A DNA stretch of 63,369 bases, the filler included, from Theionarchaea archaeon (GTDB lineage: Archaea; Methanobacteriota_B; Thermococci; Methanofastidiosales; SZ-28-30), in the NCBI GenBank assembly GCA_018992565.1. It is 4 parts of 4 records of this genome, joined end to end, with 100 filler letters (N's around TTAATTAATTAA, not from the genome) between each part and the next. Parts side by side here need not be neighbours in the genome. Positions count along the whole stretch, not along the records: positions 1 to 25,750 come from JACVGW010000031.1; 3 more parts are not named here. One strand, 5' to 3'. The translations under genes and the position numbers were made by a program. This document shows, piece after piece, positions 9,540-19,435 of this stretch. The notes beneath the pieces were generated by a model. It searched no databases. It was not told the origin of the DNA and saw only the letters and a program-made list of their open reading frames with translations. Positions within the stretch are counted from its first letter, which is position 1. Each line of letters opens with the position of its first letter.

Positions 9540-10843
9540 GAAGACCCCCTCTGTATTTGGTAAACGCATCTCTGAGCGGAATCTGCAGGAAGCTCCATTC
9601 CCGGCCCAGTTCCCTCTACCGTGTCTCCCACAAAGTAGAGATTCTCCAACGGTGAGGAAACAGGCACTTTATGCCTCCCGACCCATCCCACATGTTTTGC
9701 CAGTCCATCCACCACAGGAGTCTCAAACGAGTGCACCCATTTGATACAGGGGCCCGCTCCTGGGAAAGCCTCTTTGAGAAGGTCCACAGCATGGGACTCA
9801 GCGCTCCTCCCCGTATAGGGAACTGCTATGAGTACCAGTTGATTCCCTGGAGGTGCAACCTCAGAAGAACAGGTTGAAGGTGAAAAAAGTGCGCAGTGTT
9901 CTCCTGGCTGCCACATATCCGCATCTTCAGGAAGGAGAACCAGCGAGGGTATATTGACAAATGGTCTGGTGAGGCAGACATACACCTGTGTAGAAGGTCC
10001 CGTATGGTTTCCCTTCATGGCCTTCACTCTTTTTGAGAATTCAGAAGGAAATTCTGTAATATAATCCAGAATGGAGTACACAGGGGGGTTGAAAATGACA
10101 GTATCTGGAACGATTTCCTGCAGCTCTCCATCTTTCTCATATAACACTTTTGATACACGCTCACCGTCTACATCCATCTCTACCACTTCTGCTCCTGTGA
10201 TAACCTGACCTTTCAGAGACTCAATTCCCCGAACCAGAGAATCTGCTATCGTCCTGATACCACCAGCTGCAGGATATCCCAACCCCTGGCACATGGATGT
10301 GGCAATCTGCAGTACACGGAAGTACTCTCCCGCAGATGCTTTGTCTGCTTTTGCAGTGATGGCAAAATAGCTCGAAAGGTTGAAATGCTTGAGCAAGACG
10401 GGATCATCAGTCTTTTCCCTGGCCCATTCCAAGACTGTCATATCATCATAGGTATATGTCTCCTCATAGGGGATCTTCCTGATGTCTGCTGCGAATTTCA
10501 TGAGCACGGGACGTAGTTCAGGTGGAACGTGTCTAAACCCTACCACGGATTCAATAACCCCCTGTCTATACTGGCTCAGGGGAGGGTCCAGCTTCTTCAG
10601 GTTCACCGGCTGTCTCAACTGCTGAAGGATCTCCCCAACAGTGCCGCCAACATGCCCACTGCTGTAGTAAGATGCATGCCATCCGTAGTCAAGAAGACAT
10701 CCCTTCACTGGAAATGAAGTAGCCCTCCCTCCAACATACGTCTCTTTTTCGAGAACAAGAGGCTTCTCACCTGAGAGGGATAAGAGGGAGGCTGCACACA
10801 AGCCTCCAATTCCAGAACCAATCACAATGACACTCATAGTCAC
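9536..10843 (-). CDS. FAD-dependent oxidoreductase, phytoene desaturase (CrtI)-like
   Basis: VIVIGSGIGGL...LEKETYVGGR, YPAAGGI, SEVAPPG, LENLYFVGD. Confidence 0.85.
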   Translation of the reverse strand: MTMSVIVIGSGIGGLCAASLLSLSGEKPLVLEKETYVGGRATSFPVKGCLLDYGWHASYYSSGHVGGTVGEILQQLRQPVNLKKLDPPLSQYRQGVIESVVGFRHVPPELRPVLMKFAADIRKIPYEETYTYDDMTVLEWAREKTDDPVLLKHFNLSSYFAITAKADKASAGEYFRVLQIATSMCQGLGYPAAGGIRTIADSLVRGIESLKGQVITGAEVVEMDVDGERVSKVLYEKDGELQEIVPDTVIFNPPVYSILDYITEFPSEFSKRVKAMKGNHTGPSTQVYVCLTRPFVNIPSLVLLPEDADMWQPGEHCALFSPSTCSSEVAPPGNQLVLIAVPYTGRSAESHAVDLLKEAFPGAGPCIKWVHSFETPVVDGLAKHVGWVGRHKVPVSSPLENLYFVGDTVEGTGPGMELPADSAQRCVYQIQRGSS

Positions 10844-12075
10844 GGTCTCACTAGAACACAGTAGGGATCAGAGGCTTTGATATTCCCCCCTGATAGTCCC
10901 CAGGAGCGTCCTCTGCAACCGCCGCAGAAATCCCTGTACGTGCACTTCGCACAGAACCCATCGAAGTTCTTGCGATCTCTCATCTCCTTGAATTCAGGGC
11001 TGTTTATCCACAGATCTTCGAGGTCACCATGGAGGGCATCTCCTACCTCCAATGGATAGAAGGGGCATGGTTTCAGCATGCCATTGGCTGTGATCCCCGC
11101 ATACACCCTTCCTGCTGAACATCCACCGTGGAACTGTGACACCAAGTTGGCATTAAAAGATTTCCCGTTGTAGTAAAACAATGCCAGTTCTGGATCAGCA
11201 ATCCACAAGAGCAATTTGGGCGATATGTCCTCCAGATTCTTGGCATCTCCGTTGGCATCGATCTTTCCCTGTTCTATCAATTTTTCATGGGCAATTCGGG
11301 TAAACTGAGGTATCAGAGAGAATATAACAAACTTGCCTTCCTCTCTCCGATCGTATAGCCACCTGTTGAACTCGTCATATTCTTCCGCAGAAAGTGTTAG
11401 CTCCTCAAAGTTGTCAGCACCTGCACCCGCAGGCAAGAAGTTCAGCACATTGAACCCATTCAAAGGAATTCCCTCTGCCAGGGCGTACATGTCNNNNNNN
11501 NNNNNNNNNNNNNNNNNNNNNNNNNNNNNNNNNNNNNNNNNNNNNNNNNNNNNNNNNNNNNNNNNNNNNNNNNNNNNNNNNNNNNNNNNNNNNACATCCA
11601 TGTCTGCCAATTTGTCAATGATTGAAAAAGCTTCTTCCAGAGATATGTCTTCTATCCCTGAAGCAAAGACTTGGGAGGCGTAGCATTGCTTGCATGTTTT
11701 GATATTGCACTTTGAAGAAAAATCCCATACAATCTGGAACGGGGCTCCCAGGGTTGCAGGGGTAGTCACACCAAAAGTAGCCATACTCTTCAAGGTCAGC
11801 ACCAGTTTCTTGGGGTTTATTGGCAGTCTTTTCAGAAAATCTGTGAGCATCTGAGGAGTAATCACCGTTTCTGAGAGGGCTTTCATGAAATACTGCATAA
11901 ACTCCTGGACATCCTTCTGGCAGGTTTCACATTGTGTCTGCTGGGTCAATGCAAATCGAAGCGCTGTATATATTTTTTTTGTCTTGCAGCTGGGACAGGT
12001 CTCAAACATCTTCTTTAAGGATGCATTAGCATCCGGATCTCTCACCAAAAGATTCAGTTCAGACATCTTCATCAT
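10840..12075 (-). CDS. Radical SAM/SPASM-domain protein (internal gap)
   Basis: APFQIVWDFSSKCNIKTCKQCYA; SPASM GCSAGR...G.LKPCP...CAKCTYRDFCGGCRGRS...DPYC; N-terminal CPSC/CETC. Confidence 0.9.
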   Translation of the reverse strand: MMKMSELNLLVRDPDANASLKKMFETCPSCKTKKIYTALRFALTQQTQCETCQKDVQEFMQYFMKALSETVITPQMLTDFLKRLPINPKKLVLTLKSMATFGVTTPATLGAPFQIVWDFSSKCNIKTCKQCYASQVFASGIEDISLEEAFSIIDKLADMDXXXXXXXXXXXXXXXXXXXXXXXXXXXXXXXXXXDMYALAEGIPLNGFNVLNFLPAGAGADNFEELTLSAEEYDEFNRWLYDRREEGKFVIFSLIPQFTRIAHEKLIEQGKIDANGDAKNLEDISPKLLLWIADPELALFYYNGKSFNANLVSQFHGGCSAGRVYAGITANGMLKPCPFYPLEVGDALHGDLEDLWINSPEFKEMRDRKNFDGFCAKCTYRDFCGGCRGRSWGLSGGNIKASDPYCVLVRP

Positions 12076-12407
12076 CCTCTACTTTTCTTAATTGAAATTC
12101 TACTTATAAGCGTTACGCATGTAATATAAAAAGACATTAAACAATATATTAGTTTCCTCAGGTATCTAAAGGAAGCAATTTCCATTTATTTCACAAACTG
12201 AAAAGTCATGGTAATTGGCCAGTCTATGAGAAAAAAGGAACTTATTATTTGCAACTAGTCATTTTCTATATCTTTTACTCAAAATTGTAATAAAAAACAA
12301 TAGAAAAATTGAAAGATAATTTGATGCTGGAACATGTTTTAGAGTTCAGACGTGTCTCCTGAACCTGTGCATACCCGGTTCCTACTGGATGAGCCTTGAT
12401 AACCGCG

Positions 12408-12943
12408 CTAGCACTTCTTGATTCTGGATCCAGCTCCCACAATACTGTCCACAAGAGTAATCCCCTCAAGCCTGCAACCTTCATCAACAATGCTCCTCTG
12501 TAATATGCAGTCTATGACAGCAACGTCATCGAGGACAACTGATTCCTCAAGCCTCGACCTTTCGATGGTGCATCTCTTCCCCACATACGATTCGTGACCA
12601 TATTCCATATTCGCCTGTATATATGACTTTCTGTCTCCAATATCATGCCAGGCTTCTTCAAATGGAAATCCGTCAACATTCTCGCGTTCAAGCACCCATT
12701 CAATGAAATAACCGGGGGCATCCTTACCCTTTCCAGGCAGTCTCCCGTTCATTCCTTCATATGTCAAGAATTCAGAGAAGAGAGGGAGTACCCTTTCCGG
12801 GAAGAGGTAGACTCCTGTGCTGACCAATGTTGAACGGGGGTTCTGAGGTTTTTCCTGGAATGTGAGAACCCTTCCCTCCTTAAGTTCCGCCACCCCATAC
12901 TTTCCCTTTACATCTGAGTCTTTCATATCATGAAGCGCAATCA
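12408..12943 (-). CDS. NDP-sugar synthase/nucleotidyltransferase, C-terminal part (5' in gap)
   Basis: YGVAEL...FQEKPQNPRSTLVSTGVYLF, WHDIG, left-handed beta-helix tail. Confidence 0.88.
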
Positions 12944-13043
12944 NNNNNNNNNNNNNNNNNNNNNNNNNNNNNNNNNNNNNNNNNNNNNNNNNNNNNNNNN
13001 NNNNNNNNNNNNNNNNNNNNNNNNNNNNNNNNNNNNNNNNNNN

Positions 13044-13785
13044 CTCCATTGATGAGATCCACCACTTCATTGAGGCTGCACGAGACACCTGTCCCCAGAT
13101 TGAAAACATCATGTTCAACGTGAGAATCAAATGCTCTCAAGATTCCCTTTACAATGTCGTGGACATGGGTGAAATCCCGCTTCTGGGTCCCATCTCCATA
13201 GATAATGGGCGGATTTCCTTCCCTCATAGCCCACAGAAACTGGGAAACCAGATTGGCGAATTGCCCTTTCGCTTCTTCCCGAGGACCATATACTGAAAAA
13301 AACCGGAGTCCTACTGTCTCCGTCTTGTACCAGTCGTAGTGCAGATCGGCTAGTCGCTCCATGAAATATCGGGCCTCTGAGTAGTAATCCCTCACCAGTA
13401 TGGGCATATCTTCCCTCCAGGGAAGCGGATTCCCGTTATATATGGAGGATGTGGAAGCCCACACCATTCTCACGTCCAGGGTCCGGGCAAGTGCCAGCAT
13501 GTTCAGAAAATCAGTCACTGCCTTTCCAACCAAGGAAGGGTCCTTCCTGTACATAGGGGAAGACGAATATATGCCAAGATGGACTATCCCATCGATGTGT
13601 GATACTTCCTCTGCAGTCAATGCTCCACAGTCTCTTCTCAGGAAATGGACATCCATCCCCCGGATGTTGTCCAGAGTCCCTGTATGCAGGTTGTCCACTA
13701 CAAGAACCTCATATCCCAGGGATTTCAACGTCTCTACCAGGTGGCTGCCTATGAAGCCACAACCTCCTGTCACCAAGACTCTCAT
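13044..13785 (-). CDS. NAD-dependent epimerase/dehydratase (3' in gap)
   Basis: VLVTGGCGFIGSH, LRFFSVYGPRE, GDGTQKRDFTHVHD, FNLGTG. Confidence 0.92.
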
Positions 13786-13797
13786 TCTATCACCTTT

Positions 13798-14781
13798 TCA
13801 CCTTTTGCTTTCCCTTTTCTCGAAGAGTTCCGTGTTATCATGATTGCAGTGTTTCCTCTCCAGTGCCTCAACCCGAGCATAATACAATATTTCCTCCTGT
13901 ATTTTCCTCTGCCTTCCCAGCATGTCAGCAATCAAGGCCAGAATTATGCATAAGAACCCAACAATCAACAAGACTCCGCTCAGGGTCACCAGAGATCTGT
14001 AAGGCGAGACCTGAGATGTTAATACCCATCGAATAAACAGAATAGATCCAGAGACGGCTCCTGAAATGAAAATCGCTGATCCCAGCATTCCAAAAATCTT
14101 GAAAGGATACAAGTCTATCATGGTCCTCACAATAATGAGCAGAGCGCTTACTCCATATGCCAAAGGGTTCTTGACAACCCGTGATTTTCTGGCTTCATCA
14201 TAGGCTACCCTGACGGGAATTTCCTTCATGCGCATTTTCTTGGAAACTAGGTCCAGAAATGTTTCCTGGGTATACGTAAAATCCCCGAATAATGTAATCC
14301 TGAGGGCAGCCTCTCTTGAAAGAGCTCTGAATCCGCACTGGGTATCAGTAAATGAAGAATGCGTCAGCACATTGACCAGCCATGTGAAGAGCGTATTTCC
14401 CATCCGCTTCACCCTGGGCATTGCAGGGTTCTCCAGCAAGAATCGGGAACCTGTAACAAAATCTGCTTCATCGCACAGGATGGGCGCAAGTAATCGAGGG
14501 ATATCATCTGCATCGAATTGCCCATCTGCATCAATACTCACCAGAATATCAGCCCCAAGTTCCAGACCTCTCTCCATCCCTGTTTTCACAGCAGCCCCTA
14601 CACCTCTATTCTCAGGATGGGAAACCACAACTGCGCCTGCCTTTTCTGCATACTGACCTGTCTGATCGTGAGACCCATCATCTATGACCACCACTGTATC
14701 AACATGGGCCTTAACATCATTCACGGCACGTTCTATGGTCTTCTCTTCATTGTATGCTGGAATAAGGGCAATAATATTCAT
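13798..14781 (-). CDS. Glycosyltransferase family 2 (polyprenol-P-sugar synthase-like)
   Basis: LIPAYNEE, VIDDGSHD, DADGQ, DTQCGFRA, C-terminal TM helices. Confidence 0.93.
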   Translation of the reverse strand: MNIIALIPAYNEEKTIERAVNDVKAHVDTVVVIDDGSHDQTGQYAEKAGAVVVSHPENRGVGAAVKTGMERGLELGADILVSIDADGQFDADDIPRLLAPILCDEADFVTGSRFLLENPAMPRVKRMGNTLFTWLVNVLTHSSFTDTQCGFRALSREAALRITLFGDFTYTQETFLDLVSKKMRMKEIPVRVAYDEARKSRVVKNPLAYGVSALLIIVRTMIDLYPFKIFGMLGSAIFISGAVSGSILFIRWVLTSQVSPYRSLVTLSGVLLIVGFLCIILALIADMLGRQRKIQEEILYYARVEALERKHCNHDNTELFEKRESKR

Positions 14782-14899
14782 TTCATCGTGTCCTGAGAGA
14801 AGAACATATTTAAGGTTTTCCTCACCCTCTCTTGTGAGAGAATCAATCTCTTCTGAGGCAATGATAAGTTCACAAAAGATTTAAATTGGTGTGGCCTGA

Positions 14900-16522
14900 G
14901 TGCCTCTTATGCTTGGCGAAGTGCTCTCTTGGCTGAAAGGATTCATGTTCTGGGGAGTAGTGGTGATGTGGCCGGGGTTTCTCCTCCAGCGTGTCCTCCT
15001 CAAGAACAAGAGAGCCCTGGATATTCTTGTTTATAGCACTGGATTCGGACTTGCCTCTATGGTCATTATGTGTCCCCTGCTGGACGCACTGTGGGAGATA
15101 TCAATTGTCTCCATAGGGGCTGCATGTGGCATTCTTTCTGGAATCCTCATAGCCGTAGCTTTCTATCATGATCCTCCTGTCATTACCTTGAAGGTGTCTG
15201 GCAGAGTGCGCATAACCAGGGTACATATTGTGATTCTACTGTTGGTTTGCTATGCGTTTCTGCTTCGTTCTTCTACGCTCTTTGATCCTCTGCCCAGAGG
15301 ACAGGATGCATGGACGCATCTCTCTTTTATTTCATATATTTACCAATATAAAGCTCTTCCCGAGGTTCTTCCCTGGATTGAGCCTGCTGTACCCGTTACA
15401 CTGGACTTATATCCTCCTGGTGTTCACTGCGTGGGCGCTCTCTTGTCTCAGGCAGCAGGCGAAATATCCTTTAGTCTCCTGAAGGCAGTGTTCATAGGCA
15501 TGGGGACAGCGACAATTCTCTCAGTATATGTGGGAGTGCGAAACTTGTTTGACGAGAAAACAGCTCTCCTGTCAGCAAGCGTCACAGCAGTGTTTATACC
15601 TCACATGATAATGACTTCGGAAATCACTGCCCAATCTCTTGCTATTTTCATGGTCCCCTTGATTCTGTACGTATTCTACATGAAAAAGTGGGTAGCTGCA
15701 GGCATACTGCTGGGAGCCGTCATTCTCATGCACCATCTTTCTGCTTTTGCCGCAGTGCTTTCTGTGGGAGCTGTAGCTCTGACGCTGAGTTCCAAAAAAC
15801 TTGAGTATCTGGGATATGCTCTGGGTACTGGTGGGACAGCACTGGCTGTGTCTGCTCCGTGGTGGATACATGTTCCCTTTAGAATGTCCTCCATTGATGC
15901 TGGAGGCTCTTCTTCTTCCTATGTGGGGACAGGGTTCTTCTCTCCGTATTTAAGCGTGATTTCTCCTTTGACTATAGTATTCTGCATGATAGGAGTGTAC
16001 ATCGCTCTGACTCACATCAGCAAAAAAAAGACATTCATATTCACATGGGCGCTCGTTCTGTTCATCGCGTCTCAGCCTGTATTTCCCATTGACTTTTTGC
16101 CCTGGAGATTTCCTGCATTCTTCATTTTACCAGGATCTGTGCTGGCCAGCCTTGGAATACTTAGTATATGCTCCCGGATAAGGACTCGATGGTGCTATGC
16201 CCTCTTGTTTGTTGCATTAATGGCATATCCTCAGCAATTTTGGCCTGGCACTGACAATGACAATCTACAGGCTACCCAGTGGATTGACGATTCCACTCTG
16301 GATCCCTACTTCTACGTATATGGGAGAAATTACACGTACATCTACCCTCTTTCATATCATAGAATGCATATTATCACTGATTTCGATGCTCCGTTTTCCT
16401 TTGGTCTTAGCCCTGCGTACTTCTATGATGATGCAGACTGGGTCCCTCATACACTTGAGCGGTTTGGGCAGTTCGATAGGATCTACTCATGTGGCAGCAT
16501 CATCATCCATAGAATAGAGTGA
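14900..16522 (+). CDS. Polytopic membrane protein, probable GT-C glycosyltransferase
   Basis: Many TM helices, GQDAWTH loop and YPPGVH motif typical of GT-C; divergent from the GT2 gene. Confidence 0.6.
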   Translation: MPLMLGEVLSWLKGFMFWGVVVMWPGFLLQRVLLKNKRALDILVYSTGFGLASMVIMCPLLDALWEISIVSIGAACGILSGILIAVAFYHDPPVITLKVSGRVRITRVHIVILLLVCYAFLLRSSTLFDPLPRGQDAWTHLSFISYIYQYKALPEVLPWIEPAVPVTLDLYPPGVHCVGALLSQAAGEISFSLLKAVFIGMGTATILSVYVGVRNLFDEKTALLSASVTAVFIPHMIMTSEITAQSLAIFMVPLILYVFYMKKWVAAGILLGAVILMHHLSAFAAVLSVGAVALTLSSKKLEYLGYALGTGGTALAVSAPWWIHVPFRMSSIDAGGSSSSYVGTGFFSPYLSVISPLTIVFCMIGVYIALTHISKKKTFIFTWALVLFIASQPVFPIDFLPWRFPAFFILPGSVLASLGILSICSRIRTRWCYALLFVALMAYPQQFWPGTDNDNLQATQWIDDSTLDPYFYVYGRNYTYIYPLSYHRMHIITDFDAPFSFGLSPAYFYDDADWVPHTLERFGQFDRIYSCGSIIIHRIE

Positions 16523-16595
16523 TATACCTGATCTCTCAAAAGATGAAGTGCAGATTCAATTGGGGAATAAGAACATTTCTTGCAAGAGTCAATGG

Positions 16596-17671
16596 CTACT
16601 TCCGAAGTGTTCTTTCGACAAGGACCATCAATGCCAGCAGCATGAGACCTATTGCTGCCAATATGGCAAAGATGGCCCCATATCCTCGTTGCTCCTGTTC
16701 TCCACCAGATGTGGATTCGGGGCATTCAAGAATGCATCCGAAAACGTTTACGTGCCCCTGCCTGTCATCCTCCCATACCACCACGTTTCCATAGATAGCT
16801 GGCTACCACTTGTCACCAGGCCCTCTTGTTATCCTGATGTATTCTCCAGTAGACAGGTTACAGCCCGAAATCTGGGTTTCGGTGCCGTTTAATTCCTGCC
16901 CCACCACATAATCATCGTAAATTATGGGAGCCATCTGCAGGACTGAGTCTCTCGTGATGCAAGATTCACGACCTGTCTTCAAGTCGTACCCCCAGATATC
17001 CAGAGAATTTTCTCTACCATCTGACCATACCACAATATCATTACAGATTGCAGGAAAAAACTGGATTTCTCTGTTTTCTACTACAGATATTCTTTCCTTT
17101 GTGGTCACATCATATCCATAGATGTTGAAAAGCTCGTCTTCTTGGTTGAGCCACACCACCACATTCTTATGTATCTGCGGAAACCATTCTGTGCAGGTCT
17201 CAGTAGCTATAGGAAACTCCTCTCCTGTTGCGAGATTACATCCATAGACATCATAAGATCCATGCCGCGCATCAGGTCCACCACAACATCCTCATAGATA
17301 GCAGGGTCCCATTGGCTATGATCTGTAGTAATCTGGAATTCTCTTCCTGTTTCAAGGTCGTATCCGTAGATATCTGAGTTGCCATTCCGCGAATCTGTAT
17401 ACACTACAATGTCTTCATAAATCGCTGGCTGGTATTGATTATCAACATTGGTGGTTACTTGAAACTCCTCCTGCATTTTCAGATTATAGCCGTAAATATC
17501 CTGGTTATGGTTTCTCTCGTCTGTCCATACAACTATGTCCCCATAGACTGCAGGAGACCTCTGCCCACTGGGACCTGTGGCTATGGGAAATTCGCAGTTT
17601 CTCTGAGCAGGAAGGGTGTGCAGGAAAAGAACGCACAAAATGAATATCAGTAGGAAGGTTCTGCATGTCAT
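16596..17671 (-). pseudogene. Disrupted beta-propeller repeat surface protein (Methanosarcina-type, TIGR04275-like)
   Basis: PAIYxDIVVWxDxRNxNxDIYGY repeats split by a frameshift near 17270-17285 and an in-frame TAG at 16803-16805; signal peptide and C-terminal TM retained. Confidence 0.8.
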
Positions 17672-17786
17672 CGTGGTACCTCATCACACGTATAGGTTCA
17701 CCTCAATAAATGAGTAGTGCATGCTTTCACTAGCAGGACTCACAGAGAAGAAAGCAAATGACTACTCATAACCTAGCTGTGAGATT

Positions 17787-19325
17787 TCATCTCTTTTCAA
17801 GGGGTCTGTCTTGTAAGCGATTCTTCCTGTTCTTGTAGATAGTCTGTACGAGAGAAAAAGGAAAGAGGGCAATATTGTTCAATCCAGCTACTGAAGAAAG
17901 GTTCTTCACTCCTCTCCTCATTTCGGATACCAGCTCACGGATGACGATTTTCTCTTTCACTTCTCCTGACTCTCTAACCGTGCTCAACCGGTGAATTGAG
18001 TACAATCCAATAAGGAAGGCCATGAAGAAAAAAAAGTCCCATTGCTGCAGGTTCAGAGTCTGAAAAGCAATCGCCCGCTGGGGGCTCAGCCAAGTGAGAG
18101 TTATGGCCAGTTCTCGCTGAGCAAAAAAATCTGCGAACAATCCTCCTAATACGGGGGCAATTCCTGCAGAAAGTGAGTTAACAAGGTTGATAGTGGCCAG
18201 ATACGCTGTTGCTTCTCCCCGAGGTGCTAGTTTGAGCCCGATAGTACCTGAGGCCAGAGTTACTCCCGCGGTTGCCATCCCCAGGACAACGTGAATGACC
18301 ACCAGGAGAGGGAGAGTCAGGATATGTTTCTCAGGAAGGGTTGTAAAGGTCCAGGCCAGAATGCCTATGATGAACAGGGGGCCACTCACTCTTAGTACTG
18401 ATTTATGGCTGAATCGATCCGAAAAATCTCCCCAGATGCGGAGAAATGAAATATTGACTACTTGACTCAAAGCAGTCAGTGTGACAATCCAGGAAAGATC
18501 CAGTTCCAGCCGCTTCAACATATATACTGTGAAGAAGGGTGCAGTCAAGTTGACTGCGAAACTCCAGGATGCCATAAATTTGACCAAATTCATGAAATTC
18601 CTGTCCCTGAAAGGTTTCTGCAACAATCTCATAAAGGGGAAGGGGGATTGAGACCTGATTCTCGGCTCAGGCGTGGCATAGATGTAGTAGACGCCTAAGA
18701 GCCCAATGAAGAATCCGGAGAAGTAAAGCGGTGTATATGCATAAAGCCCGTTGGAAAAGGCATTTTTCCAGTGATCAAGGTATACTCCAATAAGCAAAGA
18801 AAGGGGGACATCCACTATTTTGGATAGTCGCATCCTGCGAGAGAAGAACGCTCCCATCTGATTCTGTGGGACGAGGTCACGCATCCAGGAATGCCAGCTA
18901 CAAGCACCTATGGATACAAAAAGTGAGCGCAGTGCAATGGCAATTATGAGAACTAGAACCCTGTGGTCAGCTGGTATGACCAGGGGGATACATGCCACCA
19001 GCAAGAGCATTGATTTGTTGGCAAGAGATGCAAGCATTGTCATGGCCCTTCTGTTTCTAAATCTTTCCACAAGATAGACCGATGGAATTTGAACAAACTG
19101 GAGGAGCGGTGGCAGTGCAGCAAGGAGTCCTATGACCACATTTGATGCACCCAGTTCCAGGGCAAAGGTCACCAGAAAAACCCCGCAGGTGAGCGTGGCC
19201 ATTGCCTGGGTGACCACTCCGTCCTTGATGACGTTCCTCAATCCTCTCTGGATATCACGCTCTGCCAGCTTTTCATCTGGTGTGACTCTCATCATATCCC
19301 TGCTTTCAGTCAAGGTTCCCTGCAC
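17787..19325 (-). CDS. MFS transporter
   Basis: About 12 TM helices, WGDFSDRFSHK motif; start may be 19295. Confidence 0.88.
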   Translation of the reverse strand: MQGTLTESRDMMRVTPDEKLAERDIQRGLRNVIKDGVVTQAMATLTCGVFLVTFALELGASNVVIGLLAALPPLLQFVQIPSVYLVERFRNRRAMTMLASLANKSMLLLVACIPLVIPADHRVLVLIIAIALRSLFVSIGACSWHSWMRDLVPQNQMGAFFSRRMRLSKIVDVPLSLLIGVYLDHWKNAFSNGLYAYTPLYFSGFFIGLLGVYYIYATPEPRIRSQSPFPFMRLLQKPFRDRNFMNLVKFMASWSFAVNLTAPFFTVYMLKRLELDLSWIVTLTALSQVVNISFLRIWGDFSDRFSHKSVLRVSGPLFIIGILAWTFTTLPEKHILTLPLLVVIHVVLGMATAGVTLASGTIGLKLAPRGEATAYLATINLVNSLSAGIAPVLGGLFADFFAQRELAITLTWLSPQRAIAFQTLNLQQWDFFFFMAFLIGLYSIHRLSTVRESGEVKEKIVIRELVSEMRRGVKNLSSVAGLNNIALFPFSLVQTIYKNRKNRLQDRPLEKR

Positions 19326-19435
19326 AGGTTCGTCAGAAAAAGTGGAAGAACGACACTTTTAAAGATGTCGCTATCAATTGGAAAGAAAGAGAGAAAAGAA
19401 AAGTATTTAAGGATAGGATTACCCTTTCAACAGGG

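Noticed and set aside
6945..9569. Apparent 874-aa UbiA-acetolactate synthase fusion
   Set aside because: The ORF reads through a 100-N gap. An SD-like GAGGGGGTGA just before the gap suggests a separate start for the ThDP enzyme.
12408..13785. Overlapping epimerase and nucleotidyltransferase ORFs
   Set aside because: Artefact of translating across gap 12944-13043.
16803..16805. In-frame TAG as possible pyrrolysine or readthrough site
   Set aside because: The same gene also has a frameshift, the paralog has Gln at this position, and no pyl genes are present in the window.
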